Assembly (NCBI GenBank): GCA_963730035.1 | Contig: CAVSPN010000002.1 | Coordinates: forward strand, 2,625,520 to 2,689,519 | Reading direction: 5' to 3' | Origin: an uncultured Actinomycetota bacterium | GTDB lineage: Bacteria; Actinomycetota; Actinomycetes; Propionibacteriales; Nocardioidaceae | Length of the DNA stretch: 64,000 bases | Shown: piece by piece, positions 39,449 to 50,431 of the stretch | Numbering within the stretch: position 1 is the first letter of the stretch | How the letters are laid out: each line of letters begins with the position of its first letter | Translations under genes and position numbers: made by a program | The notes under the pieces: model-generated | What the model saw: the letters and a program-made list of their open reading frames with translations, nothing else | What the model was told of the DNA's origin: nothing | Database searches by the model: none

Positions 39449-40467
39449 TCACCGGTGGACCGCGCCGGCGCGCATCTCCTCGCACCGCCTGGACCGCGTA
39501 GAGGCAGGCGGCGCGGTGGCCCGGCTCGACCTCGTAGAGATCGGGATCGGTCGTCGCGCAGTCGTCGCGAGCGGCCGGGCAGCGGGTCCGGAACCGGCAC
39601 CCCGACGGGGGGTCGACGGGGCTCGGCGGGTCGCCGGTGAGCATGATCCGGCGGCGCGCCCGCTCCCGCACCGGGTCGGCAGTGGGCACCGCCGACAGCA
39701 GCGCCTGCGGTGTAGGGGTGCTGCGGGTCGGCGTAGACCTGCGCCGGCGTGCCCGGTCTCGACGATCCGGCCGAGGTACATGACGGCGATCCGGTCGCTG
39801 ATGTGCTCGCACGGCCGCCAGGTCGTGGGAGATGAACAGGTAGGTGAGCCCGAGCTCGCGCTGCAGCCGCCGCAGCAGGTTCAGCACCTGCGCCTGCACC
39901 GAGACGTCGAGGGAGGCGATCGGCTCGTCGAGCACGACGCAGGTCCGGCTCGCCGGCGAGCGCGCGGGCGATGCCGACGCGCTGGCGCTGCCCGCCGGAC
40001 AGCTCGTGCGGGTGCCGGTCGGCGACGTGTCCGGCCGAGCCCGACGAGGTCGAGCAGCTCGCGCGACCCGCCGGCGGCGGCCGCCGCGGCGCCCGTGCAG
40101 GCCGTGCACCTCGAGCGGCTCGGCGACGCTCGTCGCCGACGGTGCGGCGCGGGTCGAGGGAGGCGTACGGGTCCTGGAACACCATCGCCACGCGCCGGCG
40201 CAGCGCCGCGCAGCTCGGCGGCGCGACCAGCGCGCGTCACGTCCGTGCCGTCGAGCTCGATCCGACCGCCGGTCGGCTCGACCAGCCGCAGCAGCGCGAG
40301 CCCGGTCGTCGACTTGCCGCAGCCGGACTCCCCGACCAGCCCGAGCGTCTCGCCGCGCTCGGACGTCGAGCGTGACCCCGTCGACGGCACGGACCGGCTC
40401 GCCGCCGGCGGGCTCGGCGAAGTGGACCTGCAGGTCCTCGACCTCGGGCGACGACGTTGCCGGTCAC
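39449..40467 (-). pseudogene. Opp/Dpp-type ABC ATPase (distal, OppF/DppF-like), multiply frameshifted
   Basis: Walker [47 protein letters not shown]...[23 protein letters not shown] and [12 protein letters not shown] are all present. They are spread over all three minus-strand frames, with at least 7 switches. Confidence 0.7.
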
Positions 40468-41522
40468 CGGCGTCCCAGGCGGTCGTCACCGGACGCCTCC
40501 GCGGGCGCGCTCGGCGGCACCCGGTAGAAGGTGCGGGCCGCGTGACCTGCCGCGACCTCGACGAGCGGGGGCTGCTCGTCGCACACCGCGCGTCCCCGCG
40601 CACCGGGCAGCGGGGCCAGAACGCGCAGCCGTCCGGCGGCGTCGCAGTCGGGTCGGGCGGCAGCCCCGGGATCGTCGGCGAGCTCGCTCGCGCGCGCTGC
40701 CCGGCGACCGGCCGCGCCGCCGAGCAGCGCCGCGGGTGTAGGGGTGGCGCGGGCGCGGCGAAGAGCGTCGTCGACCGGCGCCGTGCTCGACGACGCGGCC
40801 GCCGTACATGACCGCGACCCGGTCGGCGATGCCCGCGACGACGCCGAGGTCGTGGGTGATCCAGACGACGGCGGTGCCGAGCCGCTCCTGCAGGTCGCTG
40901 CGACGAGGTCGAGGATCTGCGCCTGCGTCGTGACGTCGAGCGCGGTGGTCGCCTCGTCGGCGATGAGCACGGCCGGGTCGAGGCGCGAGCGCCGATCGCG
41001 ATCATCGACCCGCTGCCGCATGCCGCCGGAGAACTGGTGCGGGTAGGCGTCCAGACGCCGGCCTGCGGGTCGGGGATGCCGACCAGCGCCGAGCAGCTCG
41101 GCCGCCCGGTCGCCGGGCCTCCGCCGGCGTCAGCGCCGAGGTGCTCCTCGCAGGCCCTCGGTGAGCTGCCGGCCGACGGTCAGCACCGGGTTGAGCGAGG
41201 TCATCGGGTCCTGGAAGACCATGCCGACCGCGCGCGCCCGCGCACGCCGCCGCAGCCGCGTCGGGGACCGGCGCAGCAGGCTCCTCGCCGCGCAGGCGGA
41301 CGCTGCCGCTCGACGGTGCGCCGCCGCGCGGCAGCAGCCCGAGCAGCCGCGAGCATCGAGTCACGCTCTTGCCGCTGCCCGACTCACCGACCACCGCGAG
41401 CGTCTCGCCCGCGGCGCACGTCGAGGTCGAGCCCGTCGACGACCTGGGCGCGTCCGCGGCGGCTGCCGAACGACACCGCAGGTCGCGCACCGACAGCACC
41501 GGCGAGCACCGGCTCGGTCACG
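40464..41522 (-). pseudogene. Opp/Dpp-type ABC ATPase (proximal, OppD/DppD-like), multiply frameshifted
   Basis: [53 protein letters not shown] and [11 protein letters not shown] are found in different frames. GTGA junctions are retained at both ends. Confidence 0.7.
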
Positions 41523-42458
41523 TCGCGCGCTCCCGCGCCTCGATCGCGGTGCGCTGCCGGGGGTCGAGCACGTCGCGCAGCGCGTCGCCGACGCAGGTTG
41601 AACGCCAGCACGGTCAGGAAGATCGCGACGCCGGGGAAGAACGCCGATCCACCAGGCCTGCTCGACGAAGCCGCGGCCCTCGAGCAGCATCCGCCCCCAC
41701 GAGGGGTCGGGCGGCTGGATCGCCCAGCCCGAGGAACGACAGCGCCGCCTCGGACAGGATCGCGAACGCCAGGCTGAGCGAGGTCTGCACGATGATCGGC
41801 GCGAGCGACGTTCGGCAGCACGTGCAGGCGCAGCAGCCGCAGGTCGCGCGGCGCCGAGCGAGCGCGCGGCCCGGACGTAGACCTCCTCGCGCACCGACGA
41901 GCACGCTCGCCCGGGTGACCCGGGCGAAGATCGGCGTGTAGACGACGCCGATGGCGATCATCGCGTTGACGAGCCCCGGGCCGAGGACCGCGAGGATCGC
42001 GATGGCCAGCAGGATCGCCGGGAACGCGAAGAGCACGTCCATGCACCGCATGAGGACGTCGTCGACCCAGCCGCCGTAGAAGCCGGCGACCAGACCGAGC
42101 GTGACCCCGACCAGCAGCGCGATGCCCGACGCTGACGAGGCCGACCAGCAGCGACACGCGGGCCGCGAGGAGGACCCGGCTGAGCACGTCGCGGCCGAGC
42201 TCGTCGGTGCCGAACGGGTGGCTGCCGCTGCGGCGCCCTGCAGCCGGTCGGTCGACGTCGACCTCGTTGGCGCCGTACGGCGCCAGCGCGTCGCCGAGCG
42301 AGCGGCGACCACGACGAGCAGCGCCGAGCACGACCAGCCCGAACGAGGGCCGGCGGGTTGCGGCGCAACCCCTCCCAGACGCGACGGGACCGGCGTCGGG
42401 CAGCGCCTCCGGGGCAGCCCGGTCGGGCTGCTGAGAGGACCGGGTCGGCGCTGCTCAC
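41519..42458 (-). pseudogene. ABC permease (DppC/OppC-like), multiply frameshifted
   Basis: [85 protein letters not shown] and [16 protein letters not shown] segments alternate between frames. Confidence 0.7.
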
Positions 42459-43415
42459 CGGGTACCGGATCCTCGGGTCGAGGCGGCGTAGAGCAGGTCG
42501 ACGAGCGAGGTTGACGAGCAGGAACAGCGCCGCGACCAGCAGCACCGCGCCCTGCAGCACCGGGTAGTCGCGGGCCTGGACGGCGTCGCAGCGTCAGCCG
42601 CCCGAGCCCGGGCCAGGCGAAGATCACCTCGACGACGATGACGCCGCCGAGCAGGGAGGCCAGCTGCACGCCGGTGACGGTGACGACCGGGATGAGCGCG
42701 TTGCGCAGCACGTGCCGCCGCAGGACCAGGCCGTCGCGCAGCCCCTTCGCCCGCGGCGGTGCGGACGTGGTCCTGCGCCGAGCGCCTCCAGCACCGCGGA
42801 GCGGATGAACCGGGTGAGGATCGCGCCGGACACCAGCCCGATCGTGACCGCCGGCATGCACCATGTGCGACGCCCAGCCGACCGGGTCCTCCGACGAGCG
42901 GCACGTAGCCCGACGGCGGCAGCCAGCCCGAGCGTGCCCGACGAAGACCAGGATGAGCAGGATCGCCATCCAGAAGTCCGGGACGCGAGACGCCGAACTG
43001 GCTGACGACCGTCGCGACGTGGTCGGCCCACGAGCCCGAGCGCATCGCCGAGACGACGCCGAGCGGGACGGCGATGCAGCAGCGCGACGAGCAGCGCCGC
43101 ACAGCGCCAGCGACAGCGTCGCGGGCAGCCGCTCGACGAGCGATCGAGGTCACCGGCTGACCGCTGCGGAAGCTGACGCCGAGGTCACCGGTGAGCGCGC
43201 CGCCGACGTAGCGACAGGTACTGCACCGGCAGCGGCCGGTCGAAGCCCGGCGCGCTCGCGCAGCGCGTCGTAGGTGTCCTGGTCGAAGCGGGTGCCCAGC
43301 GCGATCCGCACCGGGTCGCCCGGCACGAGCTGGAGTCAGCAGGAACACGATCAGGCTGACGCCCGAGCAGGACGACGACCGCCTGCGCGACCCGGCGCAG
43401 GACGAAGCGGCGCAC
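42455..43415 (-). pseudogene. ABC permease (DppB/OppB-like), multiply frameshifted
   Basis: MRRFVLRRVAQAVVVLLG start. [52 protein letters not shown] and LDPRIRY segments lie in different frames. Confidence 0.7.
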
Positions 43416-43427
43416 GGCGCGGCCCGG

Positions 43428-45019
43428 TCAGCTCGCCAGGCGAGGCGTCGCGGAAGCGGATCGCCCGGTCGGCGCGCACCTCGTAGCCCTGCGACCTCGG
43501 CGGTCCAGGCCTGCACGACGTCGGGGTTGTAGAGGTAGACGTAGCTGACGTCGTCGACGATCTGCTTCGCCGCCTGCGTCGTAGAGCTCCTTGCGGGCGT
43601 CCTCGTCGGTCTCGGTCGCGCGCCTGCGTCGAGCAGCCTGGTCGACCTCGGGGTTGCTGTACCCCTGGAAGTTGTTACGGCCCGTCGGTGTGGTGCTGCG
43701 CGTAGTAGAAGTCGTCCGGGTCGATGTTGCCGAGCCAGCCGAGCATGAAGGCGTCGAAGTCGCCCTTGCCCTGCGCGTCGAGCCAGGCGGCGAAGTCGAG
43801 CGTGCGGATCTCGACGTCGATGCCGATCTCCTCGAGCTGGCTCGGCGATCACCTGCGCCGCGCGTGACGGTCTCGGGGAACTCGTTGGTGACCATCAGGT
43901 CCATCGTCAGCGGCCGCTCGACGCCGGCCTCGTGCGAGCAGCTGCTGGGCCTGCGTCGACGTCGCGCTCGTAGGGCGCGTAGTCGTAGTAGCAGGAGCTG
44001 TCCTCGGGGATGGCGGTCTGGTTGACCGTGCGCGGCGCCGAACTTCGCCGCCTCGGTGATCTGCCTCGCGGTCGATGCGCGTAGGCGATCGCCCGGCGCA
44101 CGCTCGGGTCGTCGAACGGCGCGCGGTCCTGGTTGAGCGCCAGGTACCAGTAGTCGGTGCTCGGGAGCGGTCTCGACGCTCGACCTCGTCGCCGTCCTGC
44201 GAGCGACTCGACCTGCTGCGGCGGGAGGTTGTCGGTCCACTGCGACCTCGCCGCCCTGCAGCGTTCGTGCAGGGCGACCGTCGGCTCGGTGACGAAGGGG
44301 AAGCGCGACGCCGTCGAGCGCGGACCTCGCCGCCCCAGTAGTCGTCGTTGCGGACGAGCTCGAGGCTGTCGCCGGGGGCGTACTCGCGAGACCGTGAACG
44401 GGCCGGTGCCGATCGGCTCGCGGGCGATGTGCCGGACTCGACGTTCTCCTGCTGCGACGATCGCCATGCCCTTGAAGGCCCCGAGGCTCGCCAGCAGGTT
44501 GGGGGTGGGCTGCGGTCAGCGTGATCACGACGGTCTGCGGGTCGGGCGCCGTGACGTCCTCGACCGAGGCGAAGCGGTAGGCGTTGGACAGCTCCTCGTC
44601 GATGATCCGGTTGTAGGAGTAGACGACGTCGTCGGCGACGAACTCGCGGCCGTCGTGCGCAGGTGACGCCGTCGCGCAGGGTGAAGGTCCAGGTCAGCCC
44701 GTCCTCGCTGGTCTCCCAGCTCTCGGCCAGCGCCGGCTCCATCTCGAGGTTCTGCGTCGGGCTCGACGAGGGTGTCGTAGACGTTCTCCAGCACCTGGAA
44801 GCTGGGTACGCCGTCGTCTTGTGCGGGTCGAGCTGGTCGGGCTCGCCGCCGATCGCGGCGACGAGCGTGCCGCCGCCCCCGCCGCCCGCCGTCGCCGGCG
44901 CCTCCGCCGCCGTCGACGTCGACCCCCTCCCCTCCACCGCAGGCCGCGACGAGGGCCGTCGCCGCGAGGACACCGAGGGCGGTGCGGATCCGGGTGGTGC
45001 GCAGGGGCGTCGCTGACAT
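43428..45019 (-). pseudogene. ABC substrate-binding lipoprotein (family 5, peptide/nickel/opine type), multiply frameshifted
   Basis: ATG at 45019 with lipobox (LVAACGG). TLVAAIGGEPDQLDPHKTTAYP, FQVLENVYDTLVEPD, EPALAESWETSEDGLTWTFTLRDGV, LELVRNDDYWGG and QIVDDVSYVYLYNP hop between frames. Confidence 0.7.
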
Positions 45020-45140
45020 GGCAGACCTTCGTTCGTCGTCCGGGCCGGGCTCGTCCGAGCATCGACCGCGACACCTTGTCAGAGGCTGCCGACACGCCTG
45101 ACGACGGACGTGTTACGGATCCGTGTCGGACCGCCCGAGC

Positions 45141-45650
45141 TCAACCGGTGGGGCAGGTGGCCTCACCGGGCGCGAGTCCGGGGTGGATCGGCCCGGGGCG
45201 GTCCCGCAGCGACCCGCCGCCGGTCGCCCCGCGCAGGGTTGCGACGCACTCGGCCAGGACCGAGAGCGCGATCTCCGGCGGGGTGTCGGCACCGATGTCG
45301 AGACCTGCCGGCGCGTGGAGCGCCGACAGCTCCGCCTCGGTCACGCCACGCGCCACCAGCCACTCCCGCCGCCGCGCCTGCGTCCGTCGGGACCCCATCG
45401 CCGCGACGTACGCCGGACCCGCCGCTCGGGCGGCCGCCAGCGAGGCCTCGAGGGCCGGGGCGTCGAGCGCGTCGTGGTGGCTCGTGACGACCACGGCCGA
45501 CGAGGTCGGCAGGGCCGCGGCGACCTCGTCCGTCGTACCGGCCACCACCGTGCGCCAGCCGAGCACGGACGCCATCGCCGCAAGCGCGTCGGCCACCGGG
45601 CCGTCGCCCACCACCAGGAGCTGCTGGCTCTGCTCGGGCTGCACCGTCAT
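45141..45650 (-). CDS. XdhC-family protein, Rossmann (C-terminal) domain only
   Basis: LLVVGDGPVADALAAMASVLGW...AAMGSRRT...PAGLDIGADTPPEIALSVLAE is typical of the XdhC/CoxI C-domain. Only 169 aa from the ATG at 45650. Confidence 0.7.
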   Translation of the reverse strand: MTVQPEQSQQLLVVGDGPVADALAAMASVLGWRTVVAGTTDEVAAALPTSSAVVVTSHHDALDAPALEASLAAARAAGPAYVAAMGSRRTQARRREWLVARGVTEAELSALHAPAGLDIGADTPPEIALSVLAECVATLRGATGGGSLRDRPGPIHPGLAPGEATCPTG

Positions 45651-45750
45651 CCCCGCGACGCTACCGCCGCGTCCCGGCGGGGTACCCCGGCCGTCGCCGA
45701 ACGGGGTACGGCGCTGAGTAGGTTGGTGCGACCGACGACGAGGAGAGCAG

Positions 45751-46863
45751 ATGCAGCAGGTGCAGGGTGTGGTGGCGCGCGCGAAGGGCCGGCCGGTGAC
45801 CCTCGAGACGGTCAACGTCCCGGACCCGGGGCCAGGTGAGGCGCTCGTCCGTGTGCAGGCCTGCGGGGTCTGCCACACCGACCTCCACTACCGCGAGGGC
45901 GGCATCAACGACGACTTCCCGTTCCTCCTCGGACACGAGGCCGCCGGCACGGTGGAGGCGGTCGGCGACGGCGTCACGAACGTCGCGCCGGGTGACTTCG
46001 TCATCCTCAACTGGCGGGCCGTCTGCGGCCAGTGCCGGGCGTGCGAGCGGGGCGAGCCGTGGTACTGCTTCGCCACCCACAACGCCAGCCAGCGGATGAC
46101 GCTCGAGGACGGGACGGAGCTGTCCCCGGCGCTCGGGATCGGGGCGTTCATCGAGAAGACGCTCGTCCACTCCGGGCAGTGCACCAAGGTCGACGCCTCG
46201 GCCGACCCGGCCGTCGCGGGACTGCTGGGCTGCGGGGTGATGGCCGGCATCGGTGCGGCGATCAACACCGGCGGCGTGACCCGCGGGAAGACGGTCGCGG
46301 TCATCGGCTGCGGCGGGGTGGGCGCGGCGGCGGTCGCCGGGTCGGCGCTCGCCGGCGCCCGGACGATCATCGCCGTCGACGTCGACGACCGGAAGCTGGA
46401 GTGGGCCCGGGGCCTCGGCGCCACCCACACGGTGAACAGCCGGGAGCAGGACCCGGTCGAGGCGGTGCAGGCGCTCACTAACGGCTTCGGCGCCGACGTC
46501 GTCATCGAGGCCGTCGGTCGTCCCGAGACCTACAAGCAGGCGTTCTACGCCCGCGACCTCGCCGGCACCGTGGTGCTCGTCGGCGTCCCGACGCCGGACA
46601 TGGCCCTGCCGGACATCCCGCTCATCGACGTCTTCGGCCGTGGTGGCGCGCTCAAGTCCAGCTGGTACGGCGACTGCCTGCCCAGCCGGGACTTCCCCCT
46701 GCTCGTCGACCTCTACCAGCAGGGCCGCCTCGACCTGGAGGCGTTCGTGACCGAGCGGATCGGGATCGGGGACATCGAGGCGGCGTTCGAGAAGATGCAC
46801 GCCGGCGACGTCCTGCGCTCGGTCGTCGTCCTCGACGGGGCCTCCGACGGGGCTGCCCGGTGA
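45751..46863 (+). CDS. mscR: S-(hydroxymethyl)mycothiol dehydrogenase (class III Zn-ADH)
   Basis: AGGAGAG SD then [26 protein letters not shown] and [10 protein letters not shown] zinc motifs. Followed by an MBL gene, as Rv2259/Rv2260 are. Confidence 0.85.
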   Translation: MQQVQGVVARAKGRPVTLETVNVPDPGPGEALVRVQACGVCHTDLHYREGGINDDFPFLLGHEAAGTVEAVGDGVTNVAPGDFVILNWRAVCGQCRACERGEPWYCFATHNASQRMTLEDGTELSPALGIGAFIEKTLVHSGQCTKVDASADPAVAGLLGCGVMAGIGAAINTGGVTRGKTVAVIGCGGVGAAAVAGSALAGARTIIAVDVDDRKLEWARGLGATHTVNSREQDPVEAVQALTNGFGADVVIEAVGRPETYKQAFYARDLAGTVVLVGVPTPDMALPDIPLIDVFGRGGALKSSWYGDCLPSRDFPLLVDLYQQGRLDLEAFVTERIGIGDIEAAFEKMHAGDVLRSVVVLDGASDGAAR

Positions 46864-47468
46864 CCGTGCGGGTGGACCACGCCGTCACGTCGGGGACCTT
46901 CTCCCTGGACGGCCAGACCTTCGACGTCGACAACAACGTCTGGGTGGTCGGCGACGACGAGGAGTGCGTGGTCCTCGACGCGCCCCACGACGTCGAGGCC
47001 ATCCGTCGCGTCATCGGCGACCGGCGGCTCCAGGCGGTCCTGTGCACGCACGCCCACGACGACCACGTGCGCGTCGCGCCGGCGCTGCGGGAGGCGACGG
47101 GCGCGCCGGTCCTGCTGCACCCCGCCGACCGGCCGCTGTGGGAGCTCACTCACCCCGACTCGCTGTGGGACGCCGACCTCTTCGACGGTCAGGAGCTCGA
47201 CGTCGCGGGGACGACGCTGACCGTGCTGCACACACCGGGTCACGCGCCGGGTGCGGTCTGCTTCTACGTGCAGTCGCTGGGGGCGGTGTTCACCGGCGAC
47301 ACGCTGTTCAACGGGGGTCCGGGAGCGACCGGACGGTCCTTCAGCGACGCCCCGACGATCCTCGATTCGATCCGCACCCGGCTCTTCACGCTGCCGCCGG
47401 AGACCGTGGTGCACACCGGCCACGGCGACGACACCACGATCGGCGCCGAGGCGGCCGGCCTCGGCTGA
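46860..47468 (+). CDS. MBL-fold metallo-hydrolase
   Basis: GTGA overlap. THAHDDH metal motif. Confidence 0.85.
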   Translation: MTVRVDHAVTSGTFSLDGQTFDVDNNVWVVGDDEECVVLDAPHDVEAIRRVIGDRRLQAVLCTHAHDDHVRVAPALREATGAPVLLHPADRPLWELTHPDSLWDADLFDGQELDVAGTTLTVLHTPGHAPGAVCFYVQSLGAVFTGDTLFNGGPGATGRSFSDAPTILDSIRTRLFTLPPETVVHTGHGDDTTIGAEAAGLG

Positions 47469-47502
47469 GGGACACCGGCGGACCACCCTTAGAGTCGCCC
47501 GC

Positions 47503-48444
47503 ATGCGGATCGTCATCGCCCTCGGCGGCAACGCGATGACCGGCCCCGACGGCCGTGCCGACCCCGAGGACCAGCACCGGGCGGTCGAGCAGGCCGGCGG
47601 CCCGGTCGCGGACCTGGTCGTCGCCGGCCACGAGGTGGTGCTCACCCACGGCAACGGACCGCAGGTCGGCAACCTGCTCCGCAAGAACGAGATCGCGGCC
47701 CAGGTCGTGCCGCCGGTGCCGCTCGACTGGTGCGGCGCCCAGACCCAGGCCACCCTCGGCACGCTGCTGCTCAACGCCCTGGACGCAGCCCTCGCGGCCC
47801 GCGGCTCGGACCGGCGTACCGCCGTCCTGGTCTCCCGCACCCTCGTCGACCCCGACGACCCGGGGTTCGCGACGCCCACCAAGCCGATCGGACGCTGGCT
47901 GACCGAGGACGAGGCCCGCCCGTTGCAGGAGCACGGCCAGGAGTTCACCCAGGTCGAGGGACGGGGCTGGCGGCGCGTCGTCGCCTCCCCCGAGCCGCTC
48001 GCCGCCCTCGACGCGCCTGCTGCGGACGCGCTCCTCGCCGCGGGCCTCGTCGTCGTCTGCTCCGGTGGCGGTGGGGTCCCGACGGTGCGCCGCGAGGACG
48101 GGACGTACGCCGGGGTCGAGGCCGTCATCGATAAGGACCTGACTGCCGCCCTCGTCGCGTCCCACCTCGCGGCCGACCTGCTCGTGATCGCCACCGACGT
48201 CGAGGCGGTCATCGTCGACCGGGGCAGCCCGCAGGCCCGCCCGGTCGGGGAGGTCACCGCGAGCCGGATGCGGCGTACCGCCCTCGAGCAGCGCTTCGCC
48301 GCAGGCTCGATCGGCCCGAAGGTCGAGGCGGTGACCCGCTTCGTCGAGAACAGCGGCGGCACGGGGGTGATCACGTCGCTGGCGCGCCTGGGTGACGCCG
48401 TCACCGGCGGCGCCGGCACCCGCGTCGTCCCGGACCCGTCCTGA
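47503..48444 (+). CDS. arcC: Carbamate kinase
   Basis: [27 protein letters not shown] and IDKDL motifs. 313 aa. Confidence 0.9.
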   Translation: MRIVIALGGNAMTGPDGRADPEDQHRAVEQAGGPVADLVVAGHEVVLTHGNGPQVGNLLRKNEIAAQVVPPVPLDWCGAQTQATLGTLLLNALDAALAARGSDRRTAVLVSRTLVDPDDPGFATPTKPIGRWLTEDEARPLQEHGQEFTQVEGRGWRRVVASPEPLAALDAPAADALLAAGLVVVCSGGGGVPTVRREDGTYAGVEAVIDKDLTAALVASHLAADLLVIATDVEAVIVDRGSPQARPVGEVTASRMRRTALEQRFAAGSIGPKVEAVTRFVENSGGTGVITSLARLGDAVTGGAGTRVVPDPS

Positions 48445-48475
48445 CCGTCCCCACCCACCACTCCCGGAGGTAGTC

Positions 48476-49576
48476 GTGCCCGCCATCGAGGTCCGCAAGG
48501 TCCCGCTCCACTCGGTCTCCGACGCCAGCGAGCTCGCGGCGCTCATCGACGACGGCGTGATCGAGGCGGACCGCGTCGTCGCCGTCATCGGCAAGACCGA
48601 GGGCAACGGCGGGGTCAACGACTACACGCGGATCATCGCCGACCGCGCGTTCCGCGAGGTGCTCGTCGCCAAGGGCGCGCCGGAGGAGCAGGTGCGGCAG
48701 GTGCCGATCGTGTGGTCGGGCGGGACCGACGGCGTGCTCAGCCCGCACGCCACGGTCTTCGCGACGCTGCCGGAGGGCGCCGTCGAGCCCAGTGACGAGC
48801 CGAGGCTGACCGTCGGGTTCGCGATGAGCGAGCGGCTGCTCCCCGAGGACATCGGCCGGTCGGCGATGGTGAGCAAGGTCGCCGACGCCGTGCGGGTCGC
48901 GATGGAGCGGGCGGGCATCACCGACCCGGCGGACGTGCACTACGTGCAGACCAAGACCCCGCTCCTGACGATTTCCACGATCAGGGACGCCAAGAGCCGC
49001 GGCGAGACCGTGTGGACCGAGCACACGCACGAGTCGATGGACCTCTCCAACGGGTGCACGGCGCTGGGGGTGGCGGTGGGCCTCGGTGAGATCGAGATGC
49101 CGCCGGACGACGCCGTGATGCACGACCTCGGGCTGTACTCCTCGGTCGCCTCCTGCTCCTCGGGGGTGGAGCTCGACCAGGCACAGGTCGTCGTCGTCGG
49201 CAACGCGCGGGGGATCGGCGGCCGCTACCGCATCGGCCACGCGGTGATGCGCGACGCCCTCGATCAGGACGGCATCTGGGACGCGGTCCGCGGCGCCGGT
49301 CTCGACCTCCCGGAGCGGCCCCGCCCGGCCGACCTCGACGGCAGGCTGGTCAACGTCTTCCTCAAGTGCGAGGCGTCGCGCGACGGCCAGGTCCGCGGTC
49401 GGCGCAACGCGATGCTCGACGACTCCGACGTCCACTGGCACCGGCAGATCAAGGCCTGCGTCGGTGGCGTCACGGCGGCGGTCACCGGCGACCCCGCGGT
49501 GTTCGTGTCGGTGTCGGCGGCACACCAGGGACCGGACGGCGGCGGCCCGGTCGCCGCGATCGTCGACCTGGGCTGA
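48476..49576 (+). CDS. Ring-opening amidohydrolase (cyanuric acid amidohydrolase / barbiturase, AtzD-TrzD family)
   Basis: GGAGG SD then GTG at 48476. 366 aa. [25 protein letters not shown] and FLKCEA repeat-domain motifs are typical of the family. Confidence 0.8.
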   Translation: MPAIEVRKVPLHSVSDASELAALIDDGVIEADRVVAVIGKTEGNGGVNDYTRIIADRAFREVLVAKGAPEEQVRQVPIVWSGGTDGVLSPHATVFATLPEGAVEPSDEPRLTVGFAMSERLLPEDIGRSAMVSKVADAVRVAMERAGITDPADVHYVQTKTPLLTISTIRDAKSRGETVWTEHTHESMDLSNGCTALGVAVGLGEIEMPPDDAVMHDLGLYSSVASCSSGVELDQAQVVVVGNARGIGGRYRIGHAVMRDALDQDGIWDAVRGAGLDLPERPRPADLDGRLVNVFLKCEASRDGQVRGRRNAMLDDSDVHWHRQIKACVGGVTAAVTGDPAVFVSVSAAHQGPDGGGPVAAIVDLG

Positions 49577-49603
49577 CCGACTCGCCCGGAGTGCGCCCAG
49601 CCG

Positions 49604-49805
49604 CTGACCTCGCAACTGGCACCAGTGGTGCCGTTGTGGCGCCACCGACCCGGCAAGTGGCACCACTTGTGGGCTTGCGGGCACGCTGACCCCGGAAGTG
49701 GCACCACTTGCGCCGTTGCAGGCGCGCCGACCCGGCAAGTGGCACCACTTGGGCCGTTGCGGCGCCGCCGACCCGGCAAGTGGCACCACTTGCGCCGTTG
49801 TGGCG
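49604..49805 (+). repeat. 41-bp tandem minisatellite x5 with hairpin core AAGTGG-CA-CCACTT
   Basis: Units start at 49604 (degenerate), 49645, 49686, 49727 and 49768. The consensus is CCGACCCGGCAAGTGGCACCACTTGCGCCGTTG(N8). Confidence 0.85.
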
Positions 49806-50353
49806 AAGTAGATCTGGACGTTGGTGGCGAGCGTGATCTGGGCGTGATTGGCCATCTCGATGCCCTGGTCCCAGGTCACGGTCTTGCGCAGCTGCTTGGG
49901 CAACCGAGCGCAAGGCAAGGATCATGGCCTCTTGGACCTCGGGTGCGCCGTGGCGTCCGCGGGAGGTGCAGCAGGGTCACGAAGCCGGTGGTGCGTTCCA
50001 CCAGGGTCCCGATCGCTGACTTGTTCTCCGGTCCCGGTGATCAGGTCGCCCTCCCAGTGACCCGGCACGGCGCGGTCCTCGACCTCGGCGGGACGTTCGC
50101 TGATGAGGACCATGTCCTTGATCCGGGTCTGCCGCTTCTTGACCGGCGCCATGCGGCTTGCGAAGCGCACGGCCAGTGCGCAGCGAACTGCCGCCAGCTC
50201 CCGTCTGAGCGCACCGCGGCCCTGGACGTAGATCGACTGGTAGATCGTCTCGTGCGACACCCACATCTCCGGCTCGTCAGGAAACTCCTGGCGCAGCCGC
50301 CGAGCGATCTGCTCGGGGCTGTGCTTGCGGTCCAGTCTGGTCTGCACCTCCGC
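49804..50353 (-). mobile_element. IS30-family transposase relic (truncated at both ends, at least 3 frameshifts)
   Basis: SPEQIARRLRQEFPDEPEMWVSHETIYQSIYVQGRGALRREL, GHWEGDLI, IGTLVERTTGFVTLLHLP and LPKQLRKTVTWDQGIEMANHAQITLATNVQIYFA lie in different frames. The N-terminal HTH domain and the C-terminal part carrying the final DDE Glu are missing. Confidence 0.75.
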
Positions 50354-50388
50354 GGCGCGCCGACCCGGCAAGTGGCACCACTTGCGCG
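50354..50388 (+). repeat. Solo copy of the 41-bp repeat core
   Basis: GGCGCGCCGACCCGGCAAGTGGCACCACTTGCGCG, in the same orientation as the array, abutting the other end of the IS30 relic. Confidence 0.75.
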
Positions 50389-50431
50389 TCGCGCGCCGCC
50401 GCGCCGCCGCCGCCACCGCTGCTGCTGCCGG

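Noticed and set aside
45089-45129. Inverted repeat CCGACACG-N25-CGTGTCGG (with an internal ACGGATCCGT palindrome) as a terminator of XdhC or an operator of the ABC operon.
   Set aside because: The stem is short, the loop is long and there is no T-tract. The downstream operon is non-functional, so no confident functional call can be made.
49604-49805. Possible CRISPR array.
   Set aside because: The whole 41-bp unit repeats with no unique spacers of CRISPR length (only about 8 variable nt). There are five units only, no cas genes and no leader.
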